A stretch of 58,815 bases of DNA from an uncultured Bacteroidales bacterium (GTDB lineage: Bacteria > Bacteroidota > Bacteroidia > Bacteroidales > UBA932), in the NCBI GenBank assembly GCA_900313275.1, contig OMQO01000001.1, positions 1 to 58,815 on the forward strand, given 5' to 3'. Under the pieces are notes generated by a model. It saw only the letters and a list, made by a program, of their open reading frames with translations. It had not been told where the DNA came from and searched no databases. A program made the translations under genes and the position numbers. Below are positions 52,728 to 58,815 of this stretch, in pieces (position 1 is the first letter of the stretch; each line of letters opens with the position of its first letter).

Positions 52728-55700
52728 TTAAAAATCAAGCTTGATTCCGAAGATAACATTAGCCATCTGTGGATATACGCACTGGGCGACATCGAAACCA
52801 CCGACCGCTGACAGAGAAGGATCGATACCCTTGTGAGCGGAGAAGAAGACCAGGTTGTCAGCCGACACATAAGCTCTCAGGCCGCCGATATGTACCTTGT
52901 CAGTGATCTTCTTAGGAAGAGTGTAACCGAGGGTGACGTTCTTCAAACGGAGGTAGGAAGCGTTGAAGAGAGCCATATTGGTGAACTGCCAGCTTCCGAT
53001 AGTGTTACCGTCATAACGGCAGGTACGTCCGTTGGCCCACCACTGCATCGGGAAGTACGCGCTCTGGTTGGTCTCATTGAAGGTCGCTCCAACAGTCTCT
53101 TTAGCAACCCAGCTGTCGCCCTTGTTCCAATCTGCTGCAAGGGAGCTGGTACGGTACATCATCTCACCGAACTCACGTGAGAAGAACTTTCCACCGAGCT
53201 GGAAGGCAAATACGGCGCTGAAGTCCCAGTTCTTCCAACGGAAGCTGGAGGTAAGACCACCCATGATATCAGGAGTGGCGGAACCATATTCATACTGAGA
53301 GGCATCGGCGGGAACAAGAGTCTTCACATCCTCACCTTCTTTATAATTGGCATAACGCCCGCCGTGGGCGAGGTTGCCCTGAGCGTCCCTGTTGACATCT
53401 CCATATGTGACATGGTGCCAGTACATAGGAAGGCCGGTGGTTTCATCTACGCCAGCGAACTTGTAAAGATAGAGATTGTAGATGTCACGTCCCTCACCAC
53501 GGAGGTAAAGCTTACCTTGACCTGCGTTTTGTCCACCGGTGGCGGCCCATGTTTCAGATGCCGCAGTCCAGGTGCCTTCGGGAAGTTCTGAAGTCTTAGG
53601 ATCCCAGACGGGGAGCTGGCTGTCAGGAACATCCACGAGGAGAGTTCTGAAATGAGTGAGGTTGAGGCTCACGTTCCAGTTGAAGTCCTTATTGCGGATA
53701 ATGTCACTGCTGAGCTCGAATTCTATACCAGTGTTGCGAAGTTTCGCGCAGTTACGAGTGTGAGTCGTGTTCGCCATATTGGCAAGAGGAGATACGGCCT
53801 GGTTGAACAAGGAGTTCGTCGTGAGGTTGTTGTAGTAGTCAATCGCACCGGAGATTCTGCTGTTGAAGAGAGTGAAGTCAAGACCGGTGTCGAACTGGTG
53901 AACATGCTCCCAAGTGATGTCGGTGTCGACAAGTCCAGGAGATGTAAGGCTGTAAACCTCAGCCTGGCCGGTTCCGCCAGTTGAGGACTTCCAACGTGAG
54001 ACACCGTATGACCAGGTAGGATTGATATAGTAAGAAGTCACACCATTCTGGTTACCGGTGACACCATAGCTGGCACGGAGTTTAGCGTTGTCCAACCATG
54101 TCTTGGTGCCGTCCATCCATGGCTCAGAGGAGATTCTCCAACCAGCACCCACGGACCAGAAGTTACCCCAACGGTTTTCCTTGATGAACTTGGAAGAACC
54201 ATCACGACGGAATGAACCGGAAAGATAGTATTTCTCATCATAGATGTAGTTGGCTCGTCCGAGATAGGACTCAAGACGGAAGTCATCCAACTGCCATTTG
54301 TCGTTCTCATAACCGCTGATGTTGCTGTAGCGGGAGGTGAAGTTGCCAGGCATGACATATCCTGAGAGGAGCTCATCCGCGGAGGCGTACTGGACAATCT
54401 CGGCGTGGAGATCCTCATACTCATGACCGACCATCGCATCAAAATGGTGCTTGCCATATTCGCGGTTCCAGGTCAGGAGCTGCTGGGTGTTCATGACGGT
54501 TCTGTTCATCCTGCGCAGCATCATACCTCCACGAGAGGCACCACGGCCAGCCTCATGGTTCATGTAACGAAGGTTACGTGTGGAATATTCTTCCATGGTG
54601 AGGTTGCCCGTGAACTTGAATCCGTAAGGGAGGGTTATCTCAGTGAAAACCTTAGGGGTCCATGTCTGGTTGTCGAAGGTTGACTGGTTGGTCTCAGTCT
54701 CCCACAGAAGGTCACGGTTGAAGTTTGTACCCACAGTCTTGTGGTCTTCGCCAAGAGGTGAATAAGTCGGGCCTTTCGCAACAACCTTGTTGCCGTTGCT
54801 GTCCAGTTTCACATTACCATTCTCATCATATTCATATACGGATATAATCGGAGGATACATCTTCACATAGTACATGGTGTTACCAGAGGCTCCACCAGCT
54901 CCACGGTTCTGCCAACGGGTGGCCATTGTGCGGGTTTTGGTGTTGGCGTAAGAAACATTGGCGCCAACTTTGAGCCAGTTGGTGATCATCGCGTCAACAT
55001 TGGCGCGGCCACTGTAACGCTTGAAACTTGAAGCGACAAGGTATGAAGGCTCATCAAGGTAACCGAGAGAGAGATAATAGTGAACCTTGTCGGTACCACC
55101 TCGGGCGGAAATGTTGTAATCCTGACGGAAGGCCCTCTTCATGAGGATGTCGCGATAGCTCTCATTGTAGAGGAGTTTCGCATTGGGATTGATCTTTCCG
55201 TCGGTGCCCACAAGATAAGCTCCGCTCATAGTGGAGGATGATTTACTGCCGGCACCTGTAGTGGTATAGGTTGCTCCAGGAACGGAGTAGGCCATCCAGT
55301 TGCCGAGTCCATTCTCCTCGAACGAGGTCTCACTTCCGACATAGTCGAAGAGGTGGGCGCTGGCGAATTGCCTTGCCTCCTGATCGGAATGGTTAGGGTT
55401 GCTGAAATTGGTATAAGGAACATCGTTAGCGCCTACAGCGGGAAGACCTGTTCCGTTAACACCATAACGATAGGAGTTGTAGATGCTCCTCCAAGCGTAC
55501 TCGTAATAGTCAGCGGCGCTGTCGATTTCAGCTGAATTGTAGGGACCTACAAAGTTGAAACCAACTCTGCTCTCGAAAGAAATCTGTGACTTTCCGGCCT
55601 GACCGGCTTTGGTGGTGATGAGGACGACACCGTTAGCACCACGGGAACCGTAAAGGGCCGTAGATGCCGCATCCTTCAAAATGGTAACGGAGGCGATGTC

Positions 55701-56318
55701 CTCAGGATTCAGGCGGGATAGAGGGTTCTCCAAAGCGTTCTGGTTAGCAGCCGCGGGCTGAGCGGCGACACCATCGATAACGATGAGAGCTGAAGCCGCA
55801 TCGGCTGAAGCGGATGAGATACCACGGATACGGATACCCATATCGAAACCAGGCTGACCATCAGTAGCGGCGACACGGAGGCCAGGGGCGGCACCTTCAA
55901 GCATACGGGATACTGTGGAGGTGTTCTGTGCCGCGATAGTTTCTGATTGGATAGCCGACAAAGATCCGGTGAGATCTTTACGACGAGCGGTACCGTAACC
56001 TACGACGACGACATCATCCAACATGAGAGTGTCGTCCTCAAGGACTACATTGAGATTGCCACGATTACCGACAGGAATGGTGACCGTCTTGTAACCGATT
56101 GAGCTAAAGACCAATTCGGCGTTCGCTCCCACGTTGATGCGGAAGTTTCCGTCGAGGTCCGCGATAACGCCGGTATTGGTACCTTTGACCATGATACTGG
56201 CGCCCGGAATGCCCTCGCCCTTTGAATCAGTCACTTTACCTGTGACCGAGTTCTGAGCGAAAGCCTGTACTCCCAAAGAGAGAAGTACTAGCAATGCCGA
56301 AATAAAACGTTTACCCAT
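52728..56318 (-). CDS. SusC/RagA TonB-dependent receptor
   Basis: LKDAASTALYGSRGANGVVLITTK, RRDGSSKF..RWGNFWSVGAGW and C-terminal Phe. Confidence 0.95.
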   Translation of the reverse strand: MGKRFISALLVLLSLGVQAFAQNSVTGKVTDSKGEGIPGASIMVKGTNTGVIADLDGNFRINVGANAELVFSSIGYKTVTIPVGNRGNLNVVLEDDTLMLDDVVVVGYGTARRKDLTGSLSAIQSETIAAQNTSTVSRMLEGAAPGLRVAATDGQPGFDMGIRIRGISSASADAASALIVIDGVAAQPAAANQNALENPLSRLNPEDIASVTILKDAASTALYGSRGANGVVLITTKAGQAGKSQISFESRVGFNFVGPYNSAEIDSAADYYEYAWRSIYNSYRYGVNGTGLPAVGANDVPYTNFSNPNHSDQEARQFASAHLFDYVGSETSFEENGLGNWMAYSVPGATYTTTGAGSKSSSTMSGAYLVGTDGKINPNAKLLYNESYRDILMKRAFRQDYNISARGGTDKVHYYLSLGYLDEPSYLVASSFKRYSGRANVDAMITNWLKVGANVSYANTKTRTMATRWQNRGAGGASGNTMYYVKMYPPIISVYEYDENGNVKLDSNGNKVVAKGPTYSPLGEDHKTVGTNFNRDLLWETETNQSTFDNQTWTPKVFTEITLPYGFKFTGNLTMEEYSTRNLRYMNHEAGRGASRGGMMLRRMNRTVMNTQQLLTWNREYGKHHFDAMVGHEYEDLHAEIVQYASADELLSGYVMPGNFTSRYSNISGYENDKWQLDDFRLESYLGRANYIYDEKYYLSGSFRRDGSSKFIKENRWGNFWSVGAGWRISSEPWMDGTKTWLDNAKLRASYGVTGNQNGVTSYYINPTWSYGVSRWKSSTGGTGQAEVYSLTSPGLVDTDITWEHVHQFDTGLDFTLFNSRISGAIDYYNNLTTNSLFNQAVSPLANMANTTHTRNCAKLRNTGIEFELSSDIIRNKDFNWNVSLNLTHFRTLLVDVPDSQLPVWDPKTSELPEGTWTAASETWAATGGQNAGQGKLYLRGEGRDIYNLYLYKFAGVDETTGLPMYWHHVTYGDVNRDAQGNLAHGGRYANYKEGEDVKTLVPADASQYEYGSATPDIMGGLTSSFRWKNWDFSAVFAFQLGGKFFSREFGEMMYRTSSLAADWNKGDSWVAKETVGATFNETNQSAYFPMQWWANGRTCRYDGNTIGSWQFTNMALFNASYLRLKNVTLGYTLPKKITDKVHIGGLRAYVSADNLVFFSAHKGIDPSLSAVGGFDVAQCVYPQMANVIFGIKLDF

Positions 56319-56475
56319 AAAAAGAATAATTTAAAAGGATTTATGTCTTTTTGTCAAATTATGCTAATATACCTGATTTGATAAAACGATTATAACTTCT
56401 TGATTCTAAATACTTTTTAAAATGTAACAATAATACTTTTACCTTTTTGCAACCAAAAAAACTGGTTTATCCGAA

Positions 56476-56506
56476 CAAAGTTATTAAGATTTATGAAAAT
56501 AACAAA
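56476..56506 (-). promoter_or_regulatory. Consensus Bacteroidetes promoter facing the left susC
   Basis: TTTG (56506-56503)-N19-TAACTTTG (56483-56476). Confidence 0.7.
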
Positions 56507-56624
56507 TTTCCTCTATTAATATCTATTGTGCATGCCTGGAACCGCTCTTCGTCTATTTGGGATCTATTTATACTAATTTCAGGTAATTATTCACATTTTA
56601 TAACCAATTTCTAATTTTCTGTTT

Positions 56625-58815
56625 ATGAGTAAACGTTTCATTACGGTATTGCTAGTACTTCTCACAGTGGGAGTACAAGCATTCGCCCAGAATACGGTTA
56701 CTGGTAAGGTAACCGATGCAAAGGGCGAAGCCATTCCGGGCGCCAGTGTCATGATCAAAGGCACACAGACCGGAACTATGACAAACGTGGACGGTTCCTA
56801 TTCGATTAACGTCAGATCAGGTGCCACCCTCGTTTTCTCATGTATCGGATTCCAGAATCAGGAAGTGGTTCCCGGTTCGAGATCCGTTGTTAACGTTGTT
56901 CTCGCCGAAGATTCTGAGATGCTCGACGAGGTAGTCTATGTGGCTTATGGTACCGCCAAGAAGAAAGACCTCACAGGATCGATCTCAACCGTAGAGAACA
57001 AGACCCTCGAGATGCAGGCCCAGGGCTCAGTGACCCGTGCTCTTGAAGGACAGGTAGCCGGACTCCAGACATCCGCTCTTGACGGTCAGCCTGGTCTCGA
57101 CGTGGGTATCCGTGTCCGTGGTATCGGTACTGCCAGCGCCAACAACTCTAATGCTCTCATCATCATTGATGGGGCCCCCGCAATCGACGGTATCAACCCT
57201 CTCTCATCCCTTAACAGCAAGGATATTGAGAGCATCACCGTCCTCAAGGATGCCGCTTCAACCGCGCTCTATGGAGCTCGTGGTGCGAATGGTGTCATCC
57301 TCGTTACCACAAAGAGTGGTAAGTCTGGCAAAGCCAAGATCTCCTTCGAGGGACGTTGGGGAATCAATGCTATCGGTCCCAACTCAGACTTTGATGTCAT
57401 CGGATCCGACAAAGCCGGAGATCTTTACGAATTCTATTGGCTTGGTATCTACAACTCTGTTTACAGTGGATATGCCAAGAATTCAGATGGCCTTAAAGGC
57501 AATGCGGCCGCCGCGGCTGAGTTCGCTTCCCAGCACCTCTTTGACTTCACCGGTGATGCCACTGGATCATTTGGTCGTAACGGTCTCTACAATAGGCTTG
57601 CCTACTCTGTTCCCGGTATGACCTTCACCCCTACGGGCAGTGGCTCGAACGCTTCTTCAACCCTTGGTGGAGCATATCTTGTGGGAATTGATGGCAAACT
57701 CAATCCTAACGCGACCCTCCTCTACAGCGGAGGAACTCTCCATGACTCTCTGGTTCAGAACCGCTTCCGTCAGCAGTACAATGTTTCTGCCAGCGGTGGT
57801 TCAGACAAGATGGACTACCATCTCTCTCTTGGTTTCCTCTCCGATCCTTCATACGTCGCCACTTCCGCGTTCAACCGTTACAACGGTCGCGCGAATGTCA
57901 ACGCCCAGATTACAGATTGGCTCAAGGCAGGTGCCAAGTTCGCTTACACTCATCGTAAGACCAACTCCCTCGCTACCCGTTACGGACGTAACCCTGGATC
58001 CACCGCTGAGAACCCGTTCTCACGTATCGATGCTTCCACCGTTTTGGATAACGCTTACGCCCGCGACCTTCAGGGTAATTTCATCTACAATGCCGCAGGC
58101 GAGAAGATGGGTAACGTGAACGCTGGTTCTACCGCTTACAACGCGACCCCGACTCTTTCTCCTGTCGGTCCTACTCGTAACCTCTTCGGCCAGGCCATCA
58201 ACTGGGTTGAGTACTACAGGCAGCAAGAGGACAGCAACACTTATGATGACCTTAATGTCAGTGGTTACACCAGGGCTTCTTTCCTGAAGCATTTCACCGC
58301 TGAGATCAACCTCACCTATAATACCACTTTCAACACCCGTACTCGTTTCTTCAATACTCAGACAGCTGCCGCTCGTGTCGGTGCTGACCTCGGATCCACG
58401 ATCCATAAGGACAAAGAGCAGTACAGGACTATCAACACCCAGCAGCTCGTCAACTACAGCCAGGACTTCGGTCCTCATCACGTTGACGCGATGGTTGGTC
58501 ACGAGTTTTATCAGTATGATTATGACCTCGTAAGATACGGTTCCGCCCACTCCCTCGTCAATGATTTCACGGGTTATGTGAACTTCCTCGGTACCCAGTC
58601 TTACAGCACTTACGTAAACTCTTGGGGTGGTAATATCAACAAGATGGCGATGGAGTCATATTTCGGACGCGCGAATTATGTCTATGATGAGAAGTACTAT
58701 GCTTCCGCTTCAATCCGTCGTGATGGTTCCTCCAAGTTCAAGCTTCCCGAGAACCGCTGGGGTACTTTCTGGTCAGTAGGTGCCGGTTGGCGTGTCTCAG
58801 CCGAGCCTTGGATGG
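56625..58815 (+). CDS. SusC/RagA TonB-dependent receptor (partial, runs off the window), paralog of 52728-56318
   Basis: Absent from the ORF track. Manual translation gives MSKRFITVLLVLLTVGVQAFAQNTVTGKV...LKDAASTALYGARGANGVILVTTK...RRDGSSKF..RWGTFWSVGAGW. Confidence 0.93.
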   Translation, partial: MSKRFITVLLVLLTVGVQAFAQNTVTGKVTDAKGEAIPGASVMIKGTQTGTMTNVDGSYSINVRSGATLVFSCIGFQNQEVVPGSRSVVNVVLAEDSEMLDEVVYVAYGTAKKKDLTGSISTVENKTLEMQAQGSVTRALEGQVAGLQTSALDGQPGLDVGIRVRGIGTASANNSNALIIIDGAPAIDGINPLSSLNSKDIESITVLKDAASTALYGARGANGVILVTTKSGKSGKAKISFEGRWGINAIGPNSDFDVIGSDKAGDLYEFYWLGIYNSVYSGYAKNSDGLKGNAAAAAEFASQHLFDFTGDATGSFGRNGLYNRLAYSVPGMTFTPTGSGSNASSTLGGAYLVGIDGKLNPNATLLYSGGTLHDSLVQNRFRQQYNVSASGGSDKMDYHLSLGFLSDPSYVATSAFNRYNGRANVNAQITDWLKAGAKFAYTHRKTNSLATRYGRNPGSTAENPFSRIDASTVLDNAYARDLQGNFIYNAAGEKMGNVNAGSTAYNATPTLSPVGPTRNLFGQAINWVEYYRQQEDSNTYDDLNVSGYTRASFLKHFTAEINLTYNTTFNTRTRFFNTQTAAARVGADLGSTIHKDKEQYRTINTQQLVNYSQDFGPHHVDAMVGHEFYQYDYDLVRYGSAHSLVNDFTGYVNFLGTQSYSTYVNSWGGNINKMAMESYFGRANYVYDEKYYASASIRRDGSSKFKLPENRWGTFWSVGAGWRVSAEPWM

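Noticed and set aside
1-58815. CRISPR array, tRNA/rRNA, transposase, integrase, reverse transcriptase or prophage
   Set aside because: No regularly spaced direct repeats or diagnostic motifs were seen by eye.

Overview
This is Bacteroidales-type DNA (SusC/SusD pairs, TAnnTTTG promoters); a rumen or gut lineage is an inference. From left to right it holds a mannose cluster (GH92, class I PMI, ROK), a small accessory block (NDT-like protein, TPR-LuxR regulator, lipoprotein, CPBP protease), a probably sigma54-driven TolC/MFP/MacB-FtsX ABC export operon, and metY-metX. It then has a SusC/D locus with an FAD oxidoreductase and two GDPDs, interrupted by a GH10-CE1 gene, followed by a CAZyme cluster (GH28-like, (a/a)6 barrel, GH3, split GH31, GH28, PD40-CxxCH, DUF6057) and two head-to-head paralogous susC genes. 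The most notable signal is at least five structured palindromic mini-elements inserted in frame inside four protein-coding genes (ABC permease, TolC, GH3 twice, GH31). They fall into three families whose stem sequences differ but whose pairing geometry is conserved. No target-site duplication or mobilising enzyme is visible in the window. Several genes carry lesions: an in-frame TAG, a frameshift and a probably lost stop. All protein family calls come from motifs read by eye; no searches were run.
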